Shown in pieces: positions 8,787-19,092 of a DNA stretch of 64,000 bases; position 1 is the first letter of the stretch, and each line of letters begins with the position of its first letter. The DNA is taken from NCBI GenBank assembly GCA_965216875.1, contig OZ244207.1, positions 4,256,001 through 4,320,000 on the forward strand, read 5' to 3'. Source of the stretch: Rubripirellula sp. (lineage in GTDB: Bacteria; Planctomycetota; Planctomycetia; Pirellulales; Pirellulaceae). Below the pieces are notes generated by a model that was not told the origin of the DNA, searched no databases, and worked only from the letters and a program-made list of their open reading frames with translations. The translations under genes were made by a program, and so were the position numbers.

Positions 8787-9733
8787 TGAACGTATCACTG
8801 ACAGGTGGGTTTGCCGTTGATGTCCAAGACCTCAGCCGCTCCTTTCGAGGCAAGCGGGCATTGGTCGACGTGAGTCTGCAGATCCCGACGGGCTCAATTT
8901 TTGGCTTGGTGGGGCTTAATGGTGCCGGCAAGACGACGTTGATTCGTCATTTGATCGGATCGCTCAAACCTCAACACGGAAAGGTGACCGTCTTGGGAGG
9001 CGATCCGATCGCCGGCACCGAAACGGTCATGAAAAAGGTCGGCTACCTGACCGAAGAAGACTCGCTACCAAAGTGGATGCGAATCGGAGACCTGATTGAT
9101 TTCACACGTGCGGTCTATCCAACTTGGGACGAGAGCTACGCCGATGAACTTTGCGAACTCTTCGCGCTAACGCGCCGCTCCAAACTAAGTTCTTTGTCGA
9201 AAGGCCAACGAGCGCGTGCCGGTTTGTTGGTTGCCATCGCGCATCGGCCAGAATTGTTGCTTCTTGATGAACCGAGCAGCGGTCTCGATCCGATCGCCCG
9301 CAGTGACATATTAGAAGCGGTGATTCGAACCATCAGCCAAGACGGCCGAACCGTTCTCTTCTCGAGCCATTTGCTTGATGAAGTCGACCGAGTATGCGAC
9401 TCACTTGCGTTGATGAACGAAGGCCGCATCGTCGAGACGCTGACGACGGAACAACTCGAAAACCGGTACAGCGAAATCGTTTGTCGTGGCGAAGCAACTT
9501 GGTCACCGCCCGCCCAAACCGAAGGGGTCTTTGGGTGGCAACGCACGGGAAAGGAATGGTCAGCCGTCGTCGACGAGCGTGCGACCGAATCGGCTCGCGA
9601 ACAACTCGACCGAGAACTGTTGGTTGTCGAACGTCGTCCGATTTCGATCCAGCGGTGGTTCGCCGCGCGTGTCGGTCGAGACGAATCAACCTCGGGGAAC
9701 GATGTGCCAAATGAGGTGACCAGCGATGCGTGA
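8786..9733 (+). CDS. ABC transporter ATP-binding protein (YtrB-like)
   Basis: [25 protein letters not shown]. Confidence 0.95.
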   Translation: MNVSLTGGFAVDVQDLSRSFRGKRALVDVSLQIPTGSIFGLVGLNGAGKTTLIRHLIGSLKPQHGKVTVLGGDPIAGTETVMKKVGYLTEEDSLPKWMRIGDLIDFTRAVYPTWDESYADELCELFALTRRSKLSSLSKGQRARAGLLVAIAHRPELLLLDEPSSGLDPIARSDILEAVIRTISQDGRTVLFSSHLLDEVDRVCDSLALMNEGRIVETLTTEQLENRYSEIVCRGEATWSPPAQTEGVFGWQRTGKEWSAVVDERATESAREQLDRELLVVERRPISIQRWFAARVGRDESTSGNDVPNEVTSDA

Positions 9734-11402
9734 AATCAAAGCACTCGTTCACTTGGCGCTCGGGCGTCATCCCTGGCTGACACGGATTCTGCTTGGCCTC
9801 GTATTGGTCGGGCACGCTGCTGCCGTCGTGGTCGCACTCTCCTTCCCGAGTTCGGGCGGTGCCGAGATTGGCAAGGTCCTTTCCGCCATCGTGACGCTCC
9901 CGTCAATCCTTTGCGCTGTTGCGATGTTCGACTACGGACACCTCAGCGACTTGAGTGAAAGCGAAAGTGGATGCAGTAGCTGGGTCCTACGGATGCCGAT
10001 TGACGGTTGGAAAATCGGTCTGGTCCCCATCGGCCTCAAGACCACTTGGACCTGCGGGATCTGGTTGTTGTTCATTGCCACCGCTTCGACGCTTGGTTAC
10101 GAGCCCGGAACTGTGCCCATCGTTGGGCCGATGGTCTGCGCGTCGGCAGGATTGCTTTGGGTCCTTTGGATCGCTTGGCAACCGGTGCGAACCGGATGGC
10201 TTCGCATCCTGATGGTCGTCATCGCACTGCCCACCATTTACTTTTTGTTGTTGGTGAGCTTCGGTGTTGTTGAGCCGCGTAACGAGCACTGGCAACCGTG
10301 GTCGACCGCTGCATCGATCGTGGCATATGTGAAAGCTGTCGTTGCAACGCTACGCGCGGCAACGGTTGCCAAGTACACGGTCGGTGGTTCGGTGCCTGAA
10401 AAGGGCCCCAATGCCATCGACGTGGAAGGGGAGACGCGTCGTGATCGCAAGCGGTTCCATACAACCGCAACCAAAGCACTGATTTGGCACGACCTGACCA
10501 AAACGAGTCTCTACTTACGGTACGTTTTCCTGCTCGGAATCGTCCCGACGACCTTACTCGCAACGCTCTTCATCCCGCTGCACCCTGGCAGTTTGATCGT
10601 CCTGGTCTACCTGTTCGCGGTTTGGGGAACCATCGCGACCGCCGGAATCGGCATGCCGTCGCACCACGAGATTCGTCCCACGTTGCCGCCCTATTTGGCC
10701 GCAAGCCCGATCACGTCAGCCAACATTGCCTGGACAAGGTTCTGCACGACCGCCGCGCTGACGTTCGCAATTAGTTGCCTGGTTGTCTTCGTCTTTGCCG
10801 GTTGGGCGATGTGGCCAGCCAATCGTCAAGTTTGGTGGACTTGGGCGACCGAGCAAGCCGTCGCCATCGGCGCCGAACAACAGATCGCGCAGACGGGGCT
10901 GCGGCTCTCGACTGCGATTGTCTTTTCAGGACTGATTGGATTGACGAGCGTGCTTGTTTCGGGCAACTGGATCACCATGATGGGGCGGACCAAAATCAAC
11001 TCACTCGCCGGCAGCATCCTGATCGGATTCCTGGTCGTGATCCTTGGGTTCACGATTCGCTGGTTCCTCAGGCAAACCGATTGGGAATCGACGATGGCAT
11101 CGATCCAGATTGGGCTGACCTATGTCCCTGGGATTGCCGCCACATTACTGACCGCCAAAGTGGTCGCGACCGCTGCCGCCGCCTTCATCGTCCGCCGTAA
11201 GAAGCTGGCGACGACCGGTTCACTGGCCACCGTCTTTGTTGCTTGGGGCTTCTGCGTCTGCGTGATCGCCATTGCACTTTACGCACTGATCCCTGACCCG
11301 CGGTTCACTCTTTGGATCTCACTCGGCGCAACCGCGCTGGTGATGCCACTGGCCGGAGTCACGTTCCTTCCCGCATCGGTCAGTTTCAATCGCCATCGCT
11401 AG
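9726..11402 (+). CDS. Polytopic membrane protein, probable ABC permease
   Basis: About 12 or more hydrophobic segments; overlaps the ATPase stop. Confidence 0.82.
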   Translation: MREIKALVHLALGRHPWLTRILLGLVLVGHAAAVVVALSFPSSGGAEIGKVLSAIVTLPSILCAVAMFDYGHLSDLSESESGCSSWVLRMPIDGWKIGLVPIGLKTTWTCGIWLLFIATASTLGYEPGTVPIVGPMVCASAGLLWVLWIAWQPVRTGWLRILMVVIALPTIYFLLLVSFGVVEPRNEHWQPWSTAASIVAYVKAVVATLRAATVAKYTVGGSVPEKGPNAIDVEGETRRDRKRFHTTATKALIWHDLTKTSLYLRYVFLLGIVPTTLLATLFIPLHPGSLIVLVYLFAVWGTIATAGIGMPSHHEIRPTLPPYLAASPITSANIAWTRFCTTAALTFAISCLVVFVFAGWAMWPANRQVWWTWATEQAVAIGAEQQIAQTGLRLSTAIVFSGLIGLTSVLVSGNWITMMGRTKINSLAGSILIGFLVVILGFTIRWFLRQTDWESTMASIQIGLTYVPGIAATLLTAKVVATAAAAFIVRRKKLATTGSLATVFVAWGFCVCVIAIALYALIPDPRFTLWISLGATALVMPLAGVTFLPASVSFNRHR

Positions 11403-11439
11403 TGGTTCAGCTCCGCCCAGGGCTTCGCCAACCCAATTT

Positions 11440-11575
11440 CCACCGGAGCGACGCCCTCCCGTAGCTACCGTCGCCAGACGGTGGTGATCGCGTGCCATGG
11501 CTCCGCAGGAGCGTCGCCCTCCCGATTCCGCCGGAGCGTCGCCCTCCCGATTCCGCCGGGGCTCCGCCTCCCAAT
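11440..11575. repeat. REP cluster with 25-bp tandem units
   Basis: ggagcgtcgccctcccgattccgcc at 11508 and 11533; GTAGCTAC unit at 11461; lies between convergent genes. Confidence 0.75.
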
Positions 11576-11584
11576 CGCGCCGGG

Positions 11585-12460
11585 CTACTTCTTCGCTTCC
11601 GCCTCTTGCTGGGCGAGCAGTTTCTTTTGGAAGCGTGCTTGAACCACATCGACGACGATCAAGATCACGAGGACGAAGTAGAAGGTCGACTTCGCCATCG
11701 GCGCAACGTGGTGACCGAACAGCTCAAGTTTTGCCAAGTGTCCACCTTCACTGACCAGCATCACGCCGACGATGAACAGAATGAAAAGTCCGAGCACTTC
11801 GTACATGCGGTTTCGCTTCAAGAACTCGGCAACGCGATCGGCGAGCCAAATCATCAGCAGACCGCTGACAATGATTGCCGTCGCCATGATGTACTCGTTC
11901 TTGGTCAGTGCCATCGCACTCAAGATCGAATCGAATGAGAAAACCAAGTTCATGATCACGATCAAACCGATCGCACGACCGACGCTTCCTTTCTTGCCCT
12001 TGCCCGATTCGTCGATCTCATGAACTGCCAACAGGTGGTAAATCTCTTTGATTGCGGTCCAAAGAATAAAGGCACCGCCACCGAGCACAATCAAACTGTG
12101 CCCATTGATCGCAGCCGAAACGTAGGGATTGTCGAGTGTGATGAAGGCGTTCTGCAGCGCCGCAATCAACCGGATCACGACAAACAATAACGCGATCCGA
12201 AAAAAGATCGCCAACCCGATGCCCGATTTCCGAACCATCGATTGCTTGTCTTCGGGAACGCGTTTGCTTTCGATCGAGATGTAAAGCAGGTTGTCAAAGC
12301 CGAGCACCGCTTGCAGAAGAACGAGCATGCCCAGGGTCATGATCCCTTGAACGGAAAACAGGTGTTCCACCTCGCGGGTCGTCTCGCCGGTGATACTGGT
12401 CGATCCGGCGAGCAACATCGTGTCTTGGATCGAAGCGAGGACGTCAAACATCTCTACCAT
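11585..12460 (-). CDS. TerC family integral membrane protein
   Basis: QAVLGFDNLLYI, NLVFSFDSILSA motifs. Confidence 0.92.
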   Translation of the reverse strand: MVEMFDVLASIQDTMLLAGSTSITGETTREVEHLFSVQGIMTLGMLVLLQAVLGFDNLLYISIESKRVPEDKQSMVRKSGIGLAIFFRIALLFVVIRLIAALQNAFITLDNPYVSAAINGHSLIVLGGGAFILWTAIKEIYHLLAVHEIDESGKGKKGSVGRAIGLIVIMNLVFSFDSILSAMALTKNEYIMATAIIVSGLLMIWLADRVAEFLKRNRMYEVLGLFILFIVGVMLVSEGGHLAKLELFGHHVAPMAKSTFYFVLVILIVVDVVQARFQKKLLAQQEAEAKK

Positions 12461-12654
12461 CGTGGTGCCTACGGTTCTCAGGTGAGGAGGATTGCTCCGG
12501 AACGCAAAGTCTTCGCCCTCGTGGTGGCGAGCGCGACTTTTGCGAGATTATGATATCGCGGTGTCGCTTCGACCACCGTGGACGCGGTCGAGTCGATTGC
12601 GGCTGCAGTCCATGCCCCAAACGCCCGCCACCTCAGACCCCCTCAATCAAAGCC

Positions 12655-13434
12655 ATGAAAACCCTTGCCGCTCCGCTTCTCGCCTGCCTGATCGCCGCCG
12701 CAGCGCTGTCGCCATCCGCATTGGGCGAAGGCCCCGAGCTCTACGAAATTCGCAGCTATCTACTTGGCGACAAATCGGATGCCGCGGCCATCGACAAGTA
12801 TCTGGGCGAAGCTTTGATTCCAGCGTTAGAGCGTCAGGGCATCGGCCCGATCGGTGCCTTCACCAACTCACCGGCAGACGAAACGGGCAGCAATCGGATC
12901 GTCGTGGTCATCCCGTACAAGGATGCAGCGCAAATCACCTCGGCCAAAGCGGAACTTGCAGAAGATTCGGCCTACCAGAGCGCGGCGGCCAGCTACTTGA
13001 AACGTGGTCCAAAGAACCCACCGTTCCAGCGCATTCAAAGCGAACTCCTTTCAGCGATGGATTGCTGGAAGAAGATTGGTGCCGCTCCCGGTTCCCTCGA
13101 AAACAACGACCGCGTTTACGAGTTGCGTGTTTACGAGAGCGCCAACGAGCGTCTCGGCGACCTCAAAGTCGACATGTTCAACAACGGCGAAGTCCCCATT
13201 TTCTTGGACTGCAAAATCCAGCCGATCTTCATCGGGCAAGGGGTTGTGGGCCCACAAACGCCAAACCTGACTTACTTGACCGTTTATGAAAACGAAGAAG
13301 CACGCGGCAAAGCATGGCAAGCCTTTCGCAGTCACCCCGATTGGAACGTCTTGAAAAAGGTCGCCAAGTACGCGGGCACGGTCAGCAAGATCGACAAGTT
13401 CGTTCTCGTGCCAAAACCCTACTCGCAACTATGA
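12655..13434 (+). CDS. Secreted NIPSNAP family protein (two domains)
   Basis: Signal peptide MKTLAAPLLACL; YEIRSY and YELRVY repeats; AWQAFRSHPDW. Confidence 0.88.
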   Translation: MKTLAAPLLACLIAAAALSPSALGEGPELYEIRSYLLGDKSDAAAIDKYLGEALIPALERQGIGPIGAFTNSPADETGSNRIVVVIPYKDAAQITSAKAELAEDSAYQSAAASYLKRGPKNPPFQRIQSELLSAMDCWKKIGAAPGSLENNDRVYELRVYESANERLGDLKVDMFNNGEVPIFLDCKIQPIFIGQGVVGPQTPNLTYLTVYENEEARGKAWQAFRSHPDWNVLKKVAKYAGTVSKIDKFVLVPKPYSQL

Positions 13435-13580
13435 GCCGAACGCGCTAGCGTCGGGCTTTTCGCCGTGAGCCGAACGCGCTAGCGCCGGGCCCTGCCGTCG
13501 ACGTAGCTACGCTCGCCAGAGCGTGGTGATCGTGGAAAGCGGTCAGCCGTTGCAAACCACCTTCTGGCGAAGGTAGCTAC
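13432..13580. repeat. REP cluster: two GTGAG-type units plus an inverted GTAGCTAC pair
   Basis: tgagccgaacgcgctagcg at 13432 and 13466; gtagctacgctcgccaga...tctggcgaaggtagctac at 13503-13580. Confidence 0.82.
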
Positions 13581-13711
13581 GACCTGTCGGATCCTCGGGA
13601 TCTGACGCCGAGCGATCATGGGGAAGCTGCAACAAGAAATAAAGGCCCAGCCGATTACGCGATCGCGGCTCACGGGCAATGGTCGCGGGTTCCATCCACG
13701 CTGCACGCCGC

Positions 13712-14062
13712 CTAGCGTGTGAGGTCGGCGACCGAAACGGTTACGCGGACCTTGCGTGGCCCGGCAACGACCTGGGCTACGGGTGCGACCAAGCAACGGG
13801 TTGCTTCGCTATCGACGCGGCCAGCAACAATGAACTCAAGGCCATCGGGCTGGCAGCTAAGGTGCCCGAGACCGACGCGGGCAAGAGACGATTCGATTCG
13901 TCGACAAATCTCCAGAGACTGTTCGTAGGCAGTTTGGCTCATCATGGCTTTTCCGACCCCATCGGTTTGGTCGGTCTCGATTCCTAAGGAGGGACTCTTG
14001 GTAACGGGCTGGTTGAACGCGGGTTTCTTCAACTCCGGTTTCTTAAAAACGGGCGCATTCAT
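13712..14062 (-). CDS. Small hypothetical protein, possible BON-like domain
   Basis: RIESSLARVGL...IVAGRVDSEATR...AQVVAGPRKV resembles a BON fold; start inferred. Confidence 0.55.
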   Translation of the reverse strand: MNAPVFKKPELKKPAFNQPVTKSPSLGIETDQTDGVGKAMMSQTAYEQSLEICRRIESSLARVGLGHLSCQPDGLEFIVAGRVDSEATRCLVAPVAQVVAGPRKVRVTVSVADLTR

Positions 14063-14431
14063 AGCGAGGTCTTTTGGCTTGCGTTTTTGGTGAGCGGATC
14101 GATCCGTCATCGACCGCGGGTCGTGTGATCGCCGCCAAACGGAGGAAAGGGCTGTTTGGCGGGTGCCCCAAAACGACGATTGCCGCCTGCTGGCCGCGTT
14201 GTCCCCCGTTAGAACAGAAAGACCGCGATCGTGTTCCGGCGATTTCCCGCATTCTTTCTGGGAGTTTCTGCAATTTGGCCGGCCCGTTCTCAGCCGCCAG
14301 CGATTGGCTGAGCTGCCCGGCAAGAAGAATTTGCCCAGTCGTTAAAGGTGCCCAGGCGGCCGATCGACCACACCAATTTCTGGCGCAGCGGCGTCTGTGC
14401 GGACGCCTTTCCGAGCGGTACGATTTGCCCC

Positions 14432-17074
14432 ATGACACCAATGATGCGGCAATACCACGAGGCGAAAGCGGCATGCGGCGACGCATTGCTCCTCTTTCGC
14501 ATGGGCGACTTCTACGAACTCTTCTTGGACGACGCAAAAAAGGCGGCCGAGGTCCTCGGCCTGACCCTGACCAGTCGTGACAAGGACAGCGATAACCCGA
14601 CCGCCATGGCTGGGTTCCCGCATCATCAACTGGACCAATACCTGCACAAGCTGATTCGCGCCGGGTTTCGTGCCGCGGTCTGCGAGCAGGTGGAAGACCC
14701 TAAGACGGCAAAGGGACTCGTCAAACGCGAAATCACGCGCGTCGTCAGTGCTGGAACGCTAACCGACGACGGCCTGCTCGATCCGCGCGAGGCGAACTAC
14801 GTCGCTGCGATCTACCTTCGCCACGACAAAAAAGGGAAGTCGACCGATGACCAGGGCGAACAGCTGGTTGGAATCGCCTGGGCCGAACTCTCCAGCGGCC
14901 GCTTCGAAGCGGGCACCTTTCCCAAGTCTCGACTCGACGACGAATTGGCTCGCATCGGACCCGCGGAAGTCATCTATCGCGAAGACGACGCGCGCGTGAA
15001 CGTCGACACCACGGCACCCTGGTCGTGGTCGTCGCGTCCCGCCTGGTCCTTCTCGGAAGATGCCGCGCGTGAAACGCTTTGCAAACAGTTCTCGGTTCAC
15101 AACCTTGACGGTTTTGGCTTTAACGACTCCGACACGCTTGCCATCCAAGCCGCCGGAGCCGTGCTGACGTACCTGCAAGAGACCCAACGTGGCGACCTTG
15201 ATCACTTTCGTTCACTAACCGCCCATCACCAATCCGGTGTCCTGCAGATCGATGCCGCGACCCGCCGCAGTCTCGAAATCACGCGCACGCTGCGCACCGG
15301 TTCGCGCGATGGCTCGCTGCTTGGCGTGATCGACCGCACGTGCACACCGATGGGTTCACGCCTGCTTGCCGATTGGATCGCCGCGCCATTGATCGACGGC
15401 GACGCAATCAACGCGCGTCTGGATGCCGTCGGGACCCTCGCGACCGACCAGAACTTTCGCAGTGACGTCCGCTCCGGCCTCAAGCAAACCTTCGACCTGA
15501 CCCGTTTGCTGGCAAGAATCGCGACGGGCCGAACAGGACCACGTGACCTTGGGCAAGTCGCCGCGACCCTGGCCAAGTTGCCCAAGCTCAAAGAACTCGT
15601 TGCGTCGCGAGAGTCCGAACGCCTCGCCTTTGTCGAGGCTCACTTGCACCTTTGTCCTGAACTGCGCGATCAACTCGAATCGGCGCTCGCCGACGAATGC
15701 CCTCTCTCGGCATCGGACGGGAACTTCATTCGCGAAGGCTTTGACTCGGAACTCGACAAACTTCGTGAACTTGCCCGCGGCGGCAAACAATGGATCGCCG
15801 AATACCAGCAAGGCCAGATGGATGAGACCGGCATTGCCAATCTCAAAGTCGGCTACAACAAAGTCTTCGGCTACTACCTTGAAGTGACCAACGCTCACAA
15901 AGACAAGGTTCCGGAAACATTCATTCGCAAGCAAACGCTCAAAAACTGCGAGCGTTACATCACGCCCGAGCTCAAAGAATACGAAGAGAAGGTGCTTGCC
16001 GCGGACGACAAAGCGTCCGAACGCGAACAAGCGATCTTCCAACAGTTACGTAGCGAAACGCATCGTCATTTGACGACGCTCCAAGAGGTGGGTGCTGCCG
16101 TCGCCGAACTCGACGTGCTTGCATCGCTTGCCGAGATCTCGGCCGTTCGCGGTTGGGTCCGCCCCGTCTTGACCGAGGAATCGGTGCTCAAGATTGAGGC
16201 GGGACGTCATCCGGTTTTGGATGTCACGCTACCTCAAGGCGAATTCGTTCCCAACGACTGCAACCAATCGCCCGAAACGGGGATGATCCTGTTGATCACC
16301 GGCCCCAACATGGCTGGTAAAAGCACGTACATTCGGCAAGTCGCGTTGATCACATTGCTGGCCCAAGCCGGTTCGTTTGTCCCTGCCAAGTCCGCTGAGA
16401 TCGGCATTGCCGACCGCATCTTCGCACGTGTGGGTGCCAGCGACGAACTCAGTCGCGGACAATCGACCTTTATGGTCGAGATGGTCGAAACAGCAAGGAT
16501 TCTCAACACCGCGACTTCACGCAGCTTGGTGATCCTCGACGAGATCGGCCGCGGCACCAGCACCTACGACGGACTGTCGCTTGCCTGGGCCATTACCGAA
16601 CACATTCACGAACAGATTGGCGCCCGCACGCTGTTTGCGACGCACTACCACGAACTGACTCAGCTCGAAGAGTCACTTCCGCGCGTGGCCAACTTGAACG
16701 TCGCCGTCAAAGAGTGGGACGACGAAGTTGTCTTCCTGCATCGCATCGTCAGCGGTGGAGCCGACAAGAGTTACGGGATTCACGTCGCCCGTCTGGCCGG
16801 CATTCCTGCCGAGGTGAACGAACGGGCCAAGGACGTGCTCGCACAATTGGAAGCCGACCACCGAGACGCGCTCGATCGGCCAACGATCCAGACGCCCGGC
16901 GCTAGCACCGACGCAAACGGCAGCTACCAACTCACCCTCTTCGGATTTGCTGACCACCCACTGCTCGACCAAATCCAAGGCCTCGACGTCAACGCCATGA
17001 CGCCCATCGAAGCGATGCAGTTCTTGCAAAACGCCCAGCAAGAACTCAAGTCACCCAAGCCGGCAGCAACGTAG
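14432..17074 (+). CDS. mutS: DNA mismatch repair protein MutS
   Basis: TPMMRQY, FRMGDFYELF, TGPNMAGKST, STFMVEM, DEIGRGTST, SYGIHVARLAG. Confidence 0.98.
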   Translation: MTPMMRQYHEAKAACGDALLLFRMGDFYELFLDDAKKAAEVLGLTLTSRDKDSDNPTAMAGFPHHQLDQYLHKLIRAGFRAAVCEQVEDPKTAKGLVKREITRVVSAGTLTDDGLLDPREANYVAAIYLRHDKKGKSTDDQGEQLVGIAWAELSSGRFEAGTFPKSRLDDELARIGPAEVIYREDDARVNVDTTAPWSWSSRPAWSFSEDAARETLCKQFSVHNLDGFGFNDSDTLAIQAAGAVLTYLQETQRGDLDHFRSLTAHHQSGVLQIDAATRRSLEITRTLRTGSRDGSLLGVIDRTCTPMGSRLLADWIAAPLIDGDAINARLDAVGTLATDQNFRSDVRSGLKQTFDLTRLLARIATGRTGPRDLGQVAATLAKLPKLKELVASRESERLAFVEAHLHLCPELRDQLESALADECPLSASDGNFIREGFDSELDKLRELARGGKQWIAEYQQGQMDETGIANLKVGYNKVFGYYLEVTNAHKDKVPETFIRKQTLKNCERYITPELKEYEEKVLAADDKASEREQAIFQQLRSETHRHLTTLQEVGAAVAELDVLASLAEISAVRGWVRPVLTEESVLKIEAGRHPVLDVTLPQGEFVPNDCNQSPETGMILLITGPNMAGKSTYIRQVALITLLAQAGSFVPAKSAEIGIADRIFARVGASDELSRGQSTFMVEMVETARILNTATSRSLVILDEIGRGTSTYDGLSLAWAITEHIHEQIGARTLFATHYHELTQLEESLPRVANLNVAVKEWDDEVVFLHRIVSGGADKSYGIHVARLAGIPAEVNERAKDVLAQLEADHRDALDRPTIQTPGASTDANGSYQLTLFGFADHPLLDQIQGLDVNAMTPIEAMQFLQNAQQELKSPKPAAT

Positions 17075-17397
17075 GGTGTGTGCTTGCACGCACCATTCTT
17101 TGAAGATGACGTAGGGTATGTGCACACACACAACGAAACTACGAAGCTCGAATGAGTGTTCGATTAGCGAAGACCGAGGAGTTCGAAACGAAGGTGACTG
17201 CCTTTGATCCCAAAGGAGCACCTGAAGAGGAATTCACTCTTTCCCATTACGCGGCTTGCCAGAGATCCTCGGTGATCCCGTGGCAGACGCCGATGCCATT
17301 GAATGAATCGCATCTGCGCGGAAAGAGCTTTGTAGAGTGTGTGCGTGCAGCACTCAACTTTGAAGCAACGCCGGTGCGTGCAAGCACGCACCCTACG
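17071..17397. repeat. REP units (GTAGGGTG family): direct at 17071 and 17111, inverted at 17373-17396, enclosing a structured insert
   Basis: gtagggtgtgtgcttgcacgcacc; gtagggtatgtgcac; ggtgcgtgcaagcacgcaccctac. Confidence 0.75.
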
Positions 17398-17420
17398 TCG
17401 CTTTATGATTGGTCAGATCA

Positions 17421-17624
17421 CTAGTCAGCAAGCTGAACGTTCTCGGCGCGGGGTCCTTTGGGACCTTGGCCAACCGTGAAGGTGACTTCTTGGCCTTCAC
17501 GAAGGTCGTTGAAGTGAACGCCTTCAAGCGACGAACTGTGAAAGAACAAATCGCTGTTGCCAGTCTTGGGTGCAATGAACCCGAAGCCCTTGTCCGTGAT
17601 TCGTTTGATTGTTCCCTGTTCCAT
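17421..17624 (-). CDS. Cold-shock protein (CspA family)
   Basis: KGFGFI (RNP1), LFFHSS (RNP2), GPKGPRAENV. Confidence 0.96.
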   Translation of the reverse strand: MEQGTIKRITDKGFGFIAPKTGNSDLFFHSSSLEGVHFNDLREGQEVTFTVGQGPKGPRAENVQLAD

Positions 17625-17707
17625 TTTGATGATCCAATTCTCATTAGGATGATTTGCGACACCTGGCTGCTTGAAACGTTCGAGCAGAAGGCATGCGCGT
17701 TGGTTGG

Positions 17708-19081
17708 TTAAACGGCGCTCGATTGCCGACGCCGGTTCCCGTGGCGTGAGCCACCGGTTGGTTTGCGACGCCGGTTTGCACGCCGGCTTCGTGGTTGACT
17801 GCTAGGCGTTTGGCGGCCTTTGCCGCCACCGCGTTTTTGCCCCTCGGGTTTTTGGCCCTCTGTTTTTCGGCCCTCGCGTTTTGGGCGACGAGGCGACTTG
17901 TTGCCTTCGTTGCTTGATTGTTTCAGCTTGTCATTGGTTGTAAATGACGATTCGGGATTTTCAACGAAGAGCTTTTTGCCAAGCAGCTTTTCGATCGCGC
18001 GAAGATGATCGAGCTCATCTGCTGTACAAAAAGAGATCGCAATCCCATCGGCTCCGGCTCGTCCCGTGCGTCCAACCCGGTGCACGTAGCTTTCGGGATC
18101 GACCGGCATATCGTAGTTAATGACGTGCGTCACGCCATCGATGTCGATCCCACGGGCGGCAACATCGGTCGCGACGAGCACGTTGACACGTCCCTGACGA
18201 AATGCCTCGAGTGACCGCTGACGCGCGTTTTGCGTCTTGTTGCCGTGAATCGCCACCGCCTCGACACCCACGCGACTCAGCTTTTTGACAAGCCCGTTGG
18301 CACCATGTTTTGTGCGAGTGAACACGATGGTTTGGTCGGCGGCGTCGCTGCGCAGGACCTTGGTGAGCAACTTGACTTTGTTGTTGCGTTCGACGTATCG
18401 CACCGATTGCTTGATCCGCGCGACACTCGTCGATTTCTTTGGCGTCACATTCACGGTGACGGGATTGAAGAGCAGCTTTTCCGATAGCTTGCGAATGGGC
18501 TTGGGAAGCGTGGCCGAGAAGAAGAGTGACTGCCGCTCCTCGGGTAGCTTTGCCAGAATCCGCTTGAGTGCCGGCAAAAATCCCATATCAAGCATTCGGT
18601 CGGCTTCGTCCAAGACAAAGACCTCAACGCCACTCAAATCGACATGCCCCTGGTCAATCAAGTCGACCAGTCGGCCTGGCGTCGCGACCAACACGTCAAC
18701 ACCCTCACGGAGCGCACGAACCTGCTGGCGTTGACCGACACCGCCATAGACAACGGCTTGCTCAAGTGGAATGTGCTTGGCGTAGGCCCGAAAACTCTCG
18801 TCGATTTGGATCGCGAGTTCGCGAGTCGGAGCCAGGACAAGCGCCAATGGCTGACGCGGAAACAACTCCGGCCGCTCACGACCGAGATAATCAAGAATGG
18901 GCAACGCAAAGGCTGCAGTCTTGCCAGTGCCCGTTTGTGCACATCCTAAAATGTCCGCACCCTCAATCACCAATGGAATCGTCTTCGACTGGATGGGTGT
19001 CGGGTCGGTATAGCCCAGCTCGCCCAAACTGCGTTGCAGCGGCGCGAACAGGTTCATCGCTTCAAAATGATTCAATTTCAA
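17708..19081 (-). CDS. rhlE: DEAD-box RNA helicase (RhlE-like)
   Basis: PTPIQ, AQTGTGKT, PTRELA, LDEAD, SAT, HRVGRTGRAG; basic C-terminal tail. Confidence 0.93.
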   Translation of the reverse strand: MKLNHFEAMNLFAPLQRSLGELGYTDPTPIQSKTIPLVIEGADILGCAQTGTGKTAAFALPILDYLGRERPELFPRQPLALVLAPTRELAIQIDESFRAYAKHIPLEQAVVYGGVGQRQQVRALREGVDVLVATPGRLVDLIDQGHVDLSGVEVFVLDEADRMLDMGFLPALKRILAKLPEERQSLFFSATLPKPIRKLSEKLLFNPVTVNVTPKKSTSVARIKQSVRYVERNNKVKLLTKVLRSDAADQTIVFTRTKHGANGLVKKLSRVGVEAVAIHGNKTQNARQRSLEAFRQGRVNVLVATDVAARGIDIDGVTHVINYDMPVDPESYVHRVGRTGRAGADGIAISFCTADELDHLRAIEKLLGKKLFVENPESSFTTNDKLKQSSNEGNKSPRRPKREGRKTEGQKPEGQKRGGGKGRQTPSSQPRSRRANRRRKPTGGSRHGNRRRQSSAV

Positions 19082-19092
19082 CGTTACTCTCT

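Noticed and set aside
8107..11402. Genomic island integrated at tRNA-Ser
   Set aside because: No integrase and no duplicated tRNA 3' end were seen in the window.
17179..17235. Canonical hammerhead ribozyme, or glycine/cobalamin riboswitch
   Set aside because: CTGAAGA and GAAAC are present, but the cleavage triplet would be GUG and the stem registers are off; core riboswitch elements are missing. Kept only as an unclassified structure.
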